Under the pieces are notes generated by a model. That model saw only the letters and a program-made list of their open reading frames with translations. It was not told where the DNA came from and did not search any database. The position numbers and the translations under genes were made by a program. Shown here in pieces: positions 38,829-50,874 of a stretch of 64,000 nt of DNA; the stretch's first letter is position 1; every line of letters begins with the position of its first letter. The stretch comes from Nymphaea colorata (taxonomy: Eukaryota), in the NCBI RefSeq assembly GCF_008831285.2, contig NC_045138.2, positions 14,942,001-15,006,000 of the forward strand, written 5' to 3'.

Positions 38829-40478
38829 CCCTAGATGAAGTGTTGCCTGCCATTCTACATTTCAAATTTGGTGGCAGGAAGAGTCTATATATACTTTGGG
38901 GAGGACGAGAGACGTCTGAATCGGAACTGGAAGAGCATAGAGGGAGCAAGTTACATTTTATGGCCCTTAACAAGGGACTATGTGTTGCAGGATAAATTCA
39001 AAATGGCCCTACTAAGTTAACTGAAAGATCCTTCCCCGATAAAGGCAAAAGTAAAATTTACAAAATTATTAACAAGGGACTATGTGTTATAGTAAAATTT
39101 CACTGAAAGGTCAATTTCGTGAAATTCAGACTGATTTTTTTATATAAATTTTAAATGAAGACCACCTTATGTGATTTTTTAATCTAGTCTCACACTTGTC
39201 ATGAAAACTATATATGAAATGAAAGCCTGAAGTGGCTTTTCATGAATTTGAAAAAATAGAAAGCGTTACCAGCACCTTTTTTTAATATTTCCTTCTATAG
39301 CTAAACCACATTTTTATCCAAGTTTTTTAGCTTTTTAGGTTGAATAGAATTCACTCAAGATTTTATTGGCAGTTTCCGTAAAAGGTATGGTATATTTAAG
39401 AAAATTATGAAGAGTAGTCTCTCTTTTAAATTATAAGAAAAAAGTTCCTAAAATTGTGTTTTCTTCTTTAGTTTTTTCTAAAGGGAGTAGTTTTGTATTT
39501 TTTTGGGCCAATACGTATTACTATCCTTGGGCCGCCCTCGAACGCATAGTACAAGAGGCCTATACCGGTGATTGTGTCACCGGTAAAACTTCCCAGCAGT
39601 GAGATGTCCCGCTGCCATGCTCACCGTTGGTCCGGCCCTCGGAACTGGCTACAGCAAGGGACCGCTGCCAGAAATATCCACACAAAGTGGGTTTTGTCGC
39701 CGGTAAACATACATATCGGAGAAAGAAATCACGGCTAAAACATTGTCTACCGGTGCAACAAATCTACATCTGTAGCCTGCTTTCATTTTATCAAAAAACA
39801 GAGACATAATAACAAAATAAGGTGCAATAAAATAAAATATAAATTAAAAATAACAGACAAACATCACAAGGCACAAACTAATTCAGCAAAAAAAGGTTAT
39901 GGGCAGGGCTTTCAATTAATATTGGTGAATTTTCTTAGACATCACTCATCAATTATGGCTCTTCATGCACCGGGTTCACCATGCTGGTCTCCTAGTTCAG
40001 GACTCAGCCCACTCGTCTTAAACCTTCACATAGTGCATATGACTTCTGCACATAAATGATCAAGACCCACCTTAATTTACCTCCACAAGTCCCACTTCTT
40101 CCATTGCTTCTGCAAACAGCATCTTCCATGGCAGAATCCACGAATAAACAATCACTTAATGAGTGTGAGATGCTGAAAAGATCAATCCCATGATCATGCT
40201 TGTCATCACTCTTAAGTCTTAATTAGAAAGGCTACAGATACTTCAAGGTAGGTTTAATGTGAAATGAGAAAAAAGCAGCAGAACACTGACCTGCAGCGGA
40301 ACCTGACATGAAGCTATCACTGCCAGGGGATGAAGGTTGAGTACAATGTGCAAGTGTTTGATACTGTCCTGCCTTGACTGCCATGTTCACTGCTAAACTT
40401 TCAATTTAGAAGGAGGGCAGGTCAACCATATTTGTGAGTCTGTAAATGCACAAACGAAATCTATATACACTGAAGTAC

Positions 40479-40709
40479 CTTCTCAGATCTCGTACGCTTA
40501 TTTTTCTATCAAGAGAGCTTGGAACAAGTAGAAGTTCTTCTGGAACAGCTAATTGCAACACCCTAAAAGGATGAGAGAGCAAAAAAACTTCAAGTGAAAT
40601 TACAAACTAAGACAAAGAAAAAGTACCAACTTAACTTACGTTATAAACCCGTCATGAGCTCGCCAAGGAGCAACCATGTTTCCACTTCATGCATCAAACG
40701 TCTAATATA
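40479..40709 (-). pseudogene. Decayed WD40 fragment resembling the C-terminus of GFS12/BchD (BEACH-WD40 protein)
   Basis: The minus strand gives R-[frameshift]-FDA*SGNMVAPWRAHDGFIT / LAVPEELLLVPSSLDRKISVRDLRR across two exon-like blocks (40709-40640, 40562-40479). This resembles RLFDxRSGN..WRAHDGYVTKLAAPEDHLLVSSSLDKTLRIWDLR. It carries an in-frame TGA at 40689-40687 and a 1-bp deletion. Confidence 0.6.
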
Positions 40710-42565
40710 TCTTGTAAAATTTTGAATTTTCTCAAACCCCTTTGATAGAGGTCGTATCTTTGTATGGGTGCATTTTCACATATGTGTATGATGTGTTTGT
40801 TGGGGAATTATACATATAATAATTAGTCCCTTAACCAACCCTTTTGAGTTCTGTAAGTTGTGCGCCTTCTGACGTTTCCTTGTAGATGCATGACACCAGC
40901 TAGAGGCTGTAACACAAAACTTGTTATTGTAATTTATATAATGAGCAATCAAAATGTAGGCTGAACTGCATAAATAACAAATGCCAAAACACACAATAGA
41001 CCAAAATCTGATAGAAAATGACAACAGAAATAAAAGAAAGCAGAGCTGACTTTTTCTTAACCTGTATTAATCTTACACATACACGACTCCTAATCTAATT
41101 CTAGGGATACTTTGAAGAGGTCGAAGCTCCTCCTTTTTTGCTCTTGCTCCTCTGGTTTAAGATTCTTTCGGGACCTAAGTGAACTTATGATTATCCCCAA
41201 CTTGAGATAGCGCTTGCCACAAATGGATTTCTTGGTTTTTATCGGCTTGACCAACTATGCTATACCATGTGAGCCTTACGACACATCAATAAACCCTAAA
41301 GCCAGATAAATACATGATATATGCTAGCAAATTAAATTACATTAGAATTTTTGGAGGAAGATGACCGATGGCCATAAGGCTGCTAGGGGTTATTTTTCTC
41401 CCTTGGTATACAATTGTACATGTAAAGAGTTACTAAAGTACATTATTTTAGGAAAATGAACTGGTTGTGGTACTCTCATGCAATGGAAAGAAATAAGGAG
41501 CTCTAAAATTAGTATCACCTCAATGTTGATTTGATTACAGTGAGCACAGCCTTTCCTTTTTTTTTTTTTTAAAAATAAAGGATCGGGTCTGGGTTCGCTA
41601 TTTTCGGTTTTGATCAAGACATAATAGAATCCAACCCAAATCCAGTTCCCTTTCTTCTCTTGCCATTGGATAATAAAAACTTATGCCAGTGCTTGTAAAG
41701 ATCTCTACCTCCAATCTGGATCCCCCTAGATCTATAACAAACTCGGATCCGGAATTTGTTTCCAAACATTTTAGTCCGACAGGCCACAGCGGGTGTGTCA
41801 TTAAAATCCCAGTGGGGAAAATTTGGCCCGTTTAGGGCACCACGCTGCTGCATCGCTGCCTTCTTGTTTGCAGGGTCCCTGTTCACCCCAGGGGACGACA
41901 TCACCAGGTTCTCTCTCTCTCTCTCTCTCTTTTTCCTCCTGTGTTGTTCCATGGAGTATGTTTGCTCTCTGTTTGGAGTTCGACAGCGATCGGACTCACT
42001 AAATCGAATGTGGGCGCCATTTTTCTTTTGGTTTTTGCTTTGGGTACTGCAGATCCGTGGATATATGCCATAGATCAGCCAGTGGGTTTTTCTTCTGCCC
42101 ACTCGATTTCCCTTCTTCTTGTTCCATTTTCCCTCTTCTCCTTCCGCACCCCCTCTCTCGTTCCGTGCGTTTGATTGTTTCCCTTCGGAATGATACTTCT
42201 ACATCATTCCAAAGTGTTAAGTATAATGTCGATGCGTGTATGCTATGCCTGCAATTAGTTGTGCCATTGTTTCATTTGTTTCTTTGTTGATCGATAGATT
42301 TCGGTGACGGTGAAGTTCTAGGGTTAGATCTCTTTATTCTTGTTTCTAGTTGACACATTGTCTTCAGAGTTGAGGACCATGTTTTTATTATATGTTCTTC
42401 TTTACTTGTTTTGTTGTTTCTTTGTCGGGCATGAAGACTTCGAGTTTTTTGGGTTGATTTAAGGTTTAGAGGAGGTGAATCCGTGAAGGTTCACTAGCGA
42501 ATGGTTTTACGGAATTCCTTTGACCGTAATCATCTCTTTCTGCAGGTTTAATCAGTCAGGGTGTC

Positions 42566-44895
42566 ATGATGGATCGCAAACGAATCTGCATTTTTTCCTT
42601 TGTGATTTTGCTGCTGATTCAATGTTTTTCCGTTAATGCTTCAGATGAGGTGAGTTTTTTTCCGAATCATTTGATTTTTCTCTGTAGATTTTATAGATCC
42701 GATCTAGTCTTGGCTTCTGGTCGTTTTGTATTGATTCATCCTTTATTCTTTAGTTGTTCTATGAGTCGTTCGACGAAGCCTTTGAAGGTCGGTGGATTGT
42801 CACTGAGAAGGATGATTACACAGGTTGGTTTCACGACTTGTAAACGTCACGCTTCTGAATTTGTCTTATATGTTTTTTTTTTTCATAGCTTATGCCGTTA
42901 TCTGTCATCGTTTGATCTAGGTGTATGGAAGCATGCTAAGAGTGAGGGACATGATGATTACGGTCTTCTTGTGAGCGAAAAGGCAAAAAAATACGGCATA
43001 GTTAAGGAATTAGAAAATGCAGTAGAGTTCAAGGATGGAACCATTATTCTGCAATTTGAAACCAGGCTGCAGAATGGGCTGGAATGCGGAGGGGCTTACT
43101 TGAAATATCTTCGACCTCAGGATGCCGGATGGACACCCAAGCAGTTCGACAATGAATCGCCATACTCGATTATGTTTGGACCAGATAAATGCGGTTCCAC
43201 TAACAAGGTCCATTTCATTGTGAAGCACAAAAACCCTAAATCTGGCGAATATGTTGAGCACCACCTCAAGTATCCTCCATCAGTTCCTTACGACAAGCTC
43301 ACTCACGTTTACACTGCTATCATCAAGCCAGATAATGAACTGAAGATCCTGGTTGATGGGGAGGAGAAGAAGAAGGCGAACTTTCTGTCGCAAGATGACT
43401 TTGAACCAGCTTTTGTGCCGCCTGCTACAATTCCTGATCCGGATGACAAGAAACCGGAGGATTGGGACGAGCGAGCCAAGATTCCAGACCCTAATGCTGT
43501 GAAGCCAGATGACTGGGATGAAGATGCACCGATGGAAATTGAAGATGAAGAGGCTGAAAAGCCTGAGAGTTGGTTGGATGATGAACCTGAGGAGATTGAT
43601 GACCCAGAAGCTACGAAGCCGGAAGATTGGGATGATGAGGAGGATGGAGAGTGGGAGGCCCCAAAAATAGATAATCCCAAGTGCTCAGAAGCTCCAGGCT
43701 GTGGGGAATGGAAGAGGCCCATGAAGAGGAACCCTGCTTACAAGGGCAAATGGCATGCCCCCATGGTTGATAACCCCAACTACAAAGGCAACTGGAAGCC
43801 GCAACAAATTCCAAACCCTGACTTCTTTGAGCTTGAGAAACCCAACTTTGAGCCTCTTGTTGCAATTGGCATTGAGATCTGGACAATGCAGGATGGGATC
43901 CTATTTGATAATATTCTGATTGCAAGTGATGAGAAAGTCGCGGAGACATACCGTGAGAAAACATGGAAGCCCAAATATGACGCCGAGAAAGAAAAGCAGA
44001 AGGCTGATGAAGAGGCTGCGGGTCTGCCAACAGGGCTTGCGGGCTTCCAGGTGACTACCGTCCTGCCAGATTTTGATATTTCATGTTCTTTCGTGGTGCC
44101 TGTGCCTTGTGCTGATCTGGTTCTCGTTTTCTGCAGAAAAAAGTGTTCGATATCCTTTACAAGATAGCTGGCATACCATTCTTGGAAGCATATAAGCCCA
44201 AAATCATTGTGAGTATTCACATTACAATTCAAACATTATTACTTTCATAGTCTATATCGTGGTGACAAATTTCTGATATTTACGGGGTGACAGCATGACA
44301 AGGCCATCAGGACCTTGCTCCTCACCCTCGACCTCATGGTCACGGGCTGCGTCAGTGGACTTGCCCATGTTGGAAGCAGTCGCTCTGCCTGCCTAGCAGG
44401 CCTGCTTCGGCACCACTAGGGCAGATCCCAAGTGCAGTTCTTGTGATGGGTGAAAGAAACATGAAGAATGATCTTCATGTTGTAGCGAAATATTAACCTG
44501 AATGGTTGAAATGCAGGATGTCATTGAGAAAGGTGAAAAGCAACCTAATCTGACGATTGGAATATTGGTTTCTATTTTGGTGGTTATCATCACTCTCTTC
44601 CTTAGGGTTCTGTTTGGTGGGAATAAACCATCCGTAAGTTCTTCGTTCTTTTTCTGTTCAATTTTTTCTGTTGCATTTTAGTTTTAAAACTTTAATTAAG
44701 CTGCTCCATTTTGGTTCCTGCATTAAGTCAACAACGTGGTCCCTTTCTTCACAGGTGCCACCTCAAGCTGCACAGATAGAGAAGGATGATGGGCCCGGGG
44801 AGACAGATAATGGAGACAACATAGCTGAGAAGGATGAGAATGAGAAAGAAGATAACGCTGCTCCTCGACAGAGGAGATCCAGGAGAGAAACATAG
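42566..44895 (+). CDS. CNX: Calnexin (ER lectin chaperone), 6 coding exons, 537 aa
   Basis: Exons 42566-42649, 42754-42823, 42921-44050, 44137-44208, 44517-44633, 44755-44895 (1614 nt, in phase). Contains a signal peptide, [21 protein letters not shown]-domain repeats ([17 protein letters not shown]), [15 protein letters not shown], a TM helix and an acidic/basic tail ending RRSRRET. A probable 5'-UTR intron ends at AG 42544-42545. Confidence 0.96.
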
Positions 44896-45950
44896 TTAAA
44901 TTTGTCAGAGTTTTGAATTAGAGTAGTCTCACAGCTACATGCTGTGCTTTCTGTGAGTGACTGGGTAGAAGGGCATTGTAGTGTGGAAGCTATGAAACTG
45001 TTCTTAGTGTTCCTGGTCATTTTAGGAAAATCTCTAGTATCTTCAGGGCAGCATTGTCGCCTGTTCTAACTTTTTATGTACTTTAAAAGTTTTTGAAAAG
45101 TCTTCCGTTTGTGGCTTGAATATGGTGCTTCTTGTTTCTCATTTTTTTGCCTCATTTGTAGCCTAAAATCTTTGAAGTGATTTGAGGACGCACTAGTCAA
45201 ACTGTTGGAATTTTATGTGATCTTCTCACGTGAGCATTGTTGCAAATTTTGCGTGCAATTTAATTTGTTACCCGTTACTGGCTGTCACTTGTTGAATTTG
45301 TACAAAATTCCTCACGCATTATCGTCGTCCTTTCAGAAGAATCAAGCTAAGCGATCAAATTAGGTTAGGCTTATAGGCCGATATTGTTTGAGCGTCTCTA
45401 CTTCAATTTAACCATTATTTTCATGATCAAATATTTCGGTTGAGGATCATTGGACTTGCAGTTGGAAATGTTCTATTTCACGTACCAGCAGCATGTTTCT
45501 CTGCCTTGTGAGTGGTCTTCTTAAATGAGTTGATGCAACTTGAAGGGGGCAATATTCCTGACCAAGTAAAAAAAGTAACAATTTACAAAGATAAAAAAAT
45601 TATGAAAAATTAAGGACCTGTTTGAATACACACTCAGCAAAAGTGACAAAATGCCCTTTTTAACTTGTTTGGGTGATTCACTACCCCTTCATGTAAAAGC
45701 CAACATGGAAAAGATTTTTTTTTTAAACTTATTAAAAAAGAACATATATTTTGAATATGTCATCTAAAGTCTAAAAAATGTATATTTTTTAATTAAAAAA
45801 TCCTAATATATTTCCGCGCTTTCCTTTTTCTTCCCTGCGTGTGTTGATTTTTGTGCACTCAAAACACCTTGATACTCTTTAGTTCACAACCCTCAACGCC
45901 ACCCAACTCGTCCTCGGCCCCCTCGACGGTGAGTGGGGAGGGCGGCGCCG

Positions 45951-48900
45951 ATGGCTCCCGCAGAGGCGCCGCAGCAAGGAGACAACGAGATCGTCCACGT
46001 TTTCTGGGACGATCGGATGCTGGCCCATGACACCGGCATGGGCGTCTTCGACACGCTCTTCGATCCTGGGTTCTTGGAAGTGCTCGAGCCGCATCCGGAG
46101 AACGCCGATCGAGTGAGGAACATGGTCTCCATCCTCAAAAGGGGTCCCATCCACCGCTTCGTTTCATGGTACGAGGGAAGACCTGCCCTCATACCTGAGT
46201 TACTTTCGTTCCACACCCCTGGTACTCTCTCCCTCTCCCCTCTTCACCCCTAATAGGAAAAGTATAATCGATAACTGCCCATATTGAATGTTGTAATCCT
46301 GTAGCTTGTGATGGAACTCTGTCGTTTGGTGAATTTGATTTTTCAGTGTGGCAGTAGCTTTGGTCTTCTAAAAGTCAACCCTGATGGGAAATGGATGATT
46401 GCTCATGTTGATTTTATTTTTTTACCCTATATCTCGTGAAACTTTCTAATTTATAGTGTTGTTTTTTACTTGTGACAACTTTCCTACTAAGTTATGCACA
46501 TGAGCACTCGTTTCTGAGAAATGTGCTTGATCAATCTGTACAATCATTATCTGGATCGTTGCTTATCTGCCTTTTCTTGATAGTGGTTACTCATGTGTAT
46601 TAAGAACCATCTTTCTTTCTTGAGATAATTTTACATAGCTTAGACTTACAAGTGGCTTTCAGGCTACATTAAGGAGCTGCAGGATGCAGATGCAGCTGGT
46701 GGCAGGGAACTCTGTGCAGGCACGATGCTCAGACCTGGTTCATTTGATGCTGCACTTGTTGCTGCTGGAACGACACTTTCAGCAATGCATCACATACTGG
46801 ATGGACATGGAAAGATTGCATATGCATTAGTGCGTCCACCTGGTCATCATGCTCAGCCAACACAAGCTGATGGCTATTGCTTTCTGAATAATGCGGGGCT
46901 TGCAATTAAGCTGGCTCTAAGTTCTGGTTGCAAACGCGTAGCAGTAGTGGACATTGACGTCCATTGTGGAAATGGAACTACAGAGGGGTTCTATAACTCG
47001 AATGACGTCCTCACCATATCCCTTCATATGAACCATGGGTCATGGGGACCATCCCATCCTCAAAGTGGTTCCATTGACGAATTAGGTGAAGGTAGGGGCT
47101 TGGGCTTTAACTTGAACATACCCTTGCCAAATGGAACCGGAGACAAGGGCTATGAGTATGCAATGATGGAATTGGTTACTCCAGCTGTTACCAAATTTGA
47201 TCCAGATATGGTAGTGATGGTTATTGGGCAAGATTCTAGCGCGGTAAGTCTAAAACCTTGTATCCTAAATCACTTTAGTTCTTGAAATTTTTAGCTTTCC
47301 AATTCTAGAGCCCTTGTCCTCATGTAAAACACAGCTGGTGTATAATCTTGTGCACTAGTTTGCAACTTACGATATAGCACTAGGGTAGTACATGCACGAA
47401 CTAACACCATAAACGAGTTTTCATTCAGGGAGTTACGAATTACTTATACATTATGAGTATTTGAGATAAATATCATTCTCCATTTGGACCTTTATCTTGA
47501 GGCAGACTATCATGTTACTGAAAATTAAAATACAAAAAAAGTTGGATGTCTCTAGGCCAAGATCATTTTATATATTCACATGGGTACTTTAGGTGTGAAG
47601 CTTACTCCTAGGGATAGGTAAAGTTCAGTCATCTCTCTCGATTTACAAATTTAATGCCCATCCAGTTCTGATGCCCTTAGTTGAAATCATTAATTATAGC
47701 AGCTTTTATGTGGAGACATATGATAATTCAGCATTTCTAGCTTCCAACATCAGAAGAGTCACAGAGTCCCAAAACGATATTGTTCTCACTGAAAGTGCGT
47801 TTACTTTTGGATTCTTGAACAATGCAGTGGGGATTAAGGACATTATCTTGACCTACTATACTACTTCTGCTTTTCTTTGTTATGGCAATAGTTTTGCCTT
47901 TTTACTACTATTTTTCTTTACCATCATTCTTTTAACTGCATCCCTATCACTTTTCCTGATTGTTACAAATTTCAGCATCAGCTTCTATCTAGCTCTTGCT
48001 TCTGGCACTCAAGGATAACCCTTAGCATCCCTGTATTGGCTCGCATTAGTGTTTTGTCATCCTTATTCTGTTTTTTGTGAATTTTGTACCTCATAGGGTA
48101 GCTAAAAATGTTATTAATCAATAAAAGATGTAACTGACATTGTGGTGAACATCATACCTACTGGAAATTTTTAGTTGAAATCTAGAGATTATAGGTCGGG
48201 TAGTCTGTTTAATGCAATGATTTGAAGAGTAATCAAATTTGCACTGTTTAGGGCATGAAGGTAATTTGAATTTGTGCAAGAGCGAAAAAGTAAAAAGCTG
48301 CTGCTTCTGGTTGTAGCTTCACACTGAGCTGCTTGATGGTAATGTTGATAGGTGGATCATGGATGAAAGCAAGCTTTATTAAGAGGTGAAATGACTGCAG
48401 GGTGAGGATATGCTGCTTTTGCAGTCATGACAGGAATTCCAGAATTGTCATAGAATGCTGCTGGCCGACAATCTTGGCATCGGCTTTGAGATCATTACTT
48501 TTGCTTGGAGAATAATAGAGAGAATACAGCCTCGGATGAGGAGGATTGTTACTATGTCAGGAGGCGCAGAAAATGAAGTTTCTGGCTATGAAGAAGTTCA
48601 ATGACTTGTAGCTCCCCTATCATTTCCTTGTCTGGTCATGAAGATCTTTTTTAAGGCCACGAGGTTCCTGTGACAACATTGTAAAAAGCTCAAGTAAATC
48701 TTTCATAATTTGCTGCGAGATCCCACCACTCCAGGTACTCAATCGGAAAATTGGGCCTTAAATGGGAACATGCTTAGTTGTATTCTGCTATGCCACAGTG
48801 ACAGAAGAATGACATAGTTTCAGACAATGAGGCTTGACACATATTACTACCCAAATGGGAGTAGCAGCTGTTTGACCAAAAAAGGATGAAGTTCGATGGT

Positions 48901-49515
48901 TTGATTGATACTAGACATTAAACACAGTAGTTCGATGCTGCTGGGACAGCCTGGGAGGTGATACAGAAGGCAAGGCAGCCATAATGATGGAAGGGTGACA
49001 CAGTTTAAACAAATGACGTTTATCACAAATTGCGAACCAATTGAAAATGTCATCAATTTCACATCATCTTCTGTGCAACACATTCTACTCTGGAGTTTAA
49101 ATTAATTACTCAAGAAGTTAGCTTTTCCTTGTCTTCTCAAAGAAAACATCAGTGCGCATGGTTGGTTTTATGTAATTAACTTGCTTTTTGAATGGTGCAG
49201 TTTGATCCCAACGGTCGACAGTGCCTAACAATGGCCGGCTATAGGAGAATCGGTGAAATCCTGCGCGACCTGGCAAATGTGCACTCAAAGGGACGAATGT
49301 TGATTGTTCAGGAGGGAGGATACCACGTGACATACTCGGCCTACTGCGTCCATGCAACTCTAGAAGGCGTTCTTCATCTTCCAGTTCCTCTCCTTCCAGA
49401 CCCTATTGCTTGTTACCCGGAGGACGAAGCCCTGCCCGTCAAGGTCATAGACTCCATCAAGGAATACTGGAAAAAGAATGTAGCTTTCCTGCAAGAAGAA
49501 GATAAGCCTATGTAA
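45951..49515 (+). CDS. HDA8: Histone deacetylase 8-like (RPD3/HDA1 family), 3 exons, 388 aa
   Basis: Exons 45951-46221, 46663-47243, 49201-49515 (1167 nt, in phase). Motifs: HPENADRVRNM, RPPGHHAQP..DGYCFLNNAG, DIDVHxGNG, GQDSSAFDPNGR, QEGGYHVTYSAYC. Confidence 0.94.
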
Positions 49516-50841
49516 GAGAGAGAGAGAGAGAAAAAGAGAGAGGGAGAGAGCGGAGTTGAAGGACTCAGGGCAATGTTTCTCTTGGTTCGCTGTTGTCAGA
49601 AGAACAAAATATTGTTTCGCTGTATATGAGAAAAATATTGATTGTGAATTTGTGTACTAGATGGGAGAGAGATTCTGAAAAAGGCTGAAGCTCCTCCCCT
49701 TTTGGCCCTTTGGGGCTTAGGGCTATGTGTTGTATGTGTTATATGGGAAAATGGACGAATATGTATATTACTTCATATGGATGCCCATGTCTTTTGTTGC
49801 ATAGACAATGAACAACAAAGAATGAAAATAAACGTTGAAAGGAAAAATACTAATCACCAAGGATCTTAAATCCACAGATACTAAGTCTCCCTCCCTAACC
49901 CTAGTACCTCTGAGTCATGTTTTTTTTTACGTGTTGTGGATGAGAGTCCCTGTTTGTTTAAACAGTGGGTGGCATGAATTTAAGACCAGCGTCTGCTTTG
50001 AAATCTAAGGTTATCAAACACCACTTAATTGCATTTGAATCCTATGAAAATCCAAACCCCTGTTCGATAAAATCAAATTGTACATTAATTTAGGTTTGTG
50101 TTTGTTTTAACATGTAGCATAGATTTGAAATCTATGCTTTGAGATCTTCAAAACAGTGGCCTCGAATCTAAGATTGGAGGCTATTCCGCTATCAAGCACA
50201 ACCTTAGTGTAATTATTCACATTTGGCTCTGCCCTCAAATTTGGAAGTAAGTCCACTGGAAACTCGATAAACCGATCCATTGTTTTCAGAATAGATCATA
50301 AGTACAATTTCTTTTGACAGTTCTGATCCAATTTGATTTGATGAGTCAACTTCAATCTGGAGCAGACTTATTTCGGATAAATTCTCGTATTCACATTTAG
50401 CTTGCGATTCAGTTCGCCAGCAATTTTTACAAGGAAAATATATGTTCATTGCCACTTTCGATCAGCTCAATATATTTACGTCTTTCTAGACGCTTGTGTA
50501 TCATCTCAGTATCTTGATTTGTTTATAGTGAACCTGGATTTTTAGGTTCGGGTCTGAATCATGCCATGATGGTAACTTTTTCGGTTTTGATTAAGACATA
50601 ATACTTAATAGAATCCAATCCAAATCCAGTCCTCTTTCTGAGTCCTGCTATTTTAAGTCGAGCGGATCCAGGAGCGTCCATTACGGATGGGTCGGTTCTG
50701 AACACGGTCCGATTCATCAGGTAGCCTACCTGAAGAAGGAAAAGGTAAAGCGGACCCCAGCAAGATCCCTCCTCTCTCTCTGTCTCTCTGTGCGTGGAAG
50801 CGAAGAGTTTTGGGTTGGGAAGGAGAGAAGTGAGGAAGAAG

Positions 50842-50874
50842 ATGGGGGTTCTTTCCAACAGGATCGATCGGGAG
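50842..50874 (+). pseudogene. Truncated first exon of an NC/LRAT-domain (PSE1/LEAD-SENSITIVE1-like) gene
   Basis: A CT-rich/GA-rich leader (50760-50841) precedes ATG GGG GTT CTT TCC AAC AGG ATC GAT CGG GAG = MGVLSNRIDRE. This resembles the MGxLSNRIDR-x-LKPGDHIYSWR N-terminus of plant NC-domain proteins. The sequence switches to the ALMT duplicate exactly here. Confidence 0.6.

Noticed and set aside
41821..41847. Possible ER-stress element (CCACG) upstream of calnexin
   Set aside because: No CCAAT-N9/10-CCACG or ATTGG-N-CCACG spacing; the core alone is too short to call.
43010..44232. Several long minus-strand ORFs
   Set aside because: Antisense shadows of the calnexin coding exon.
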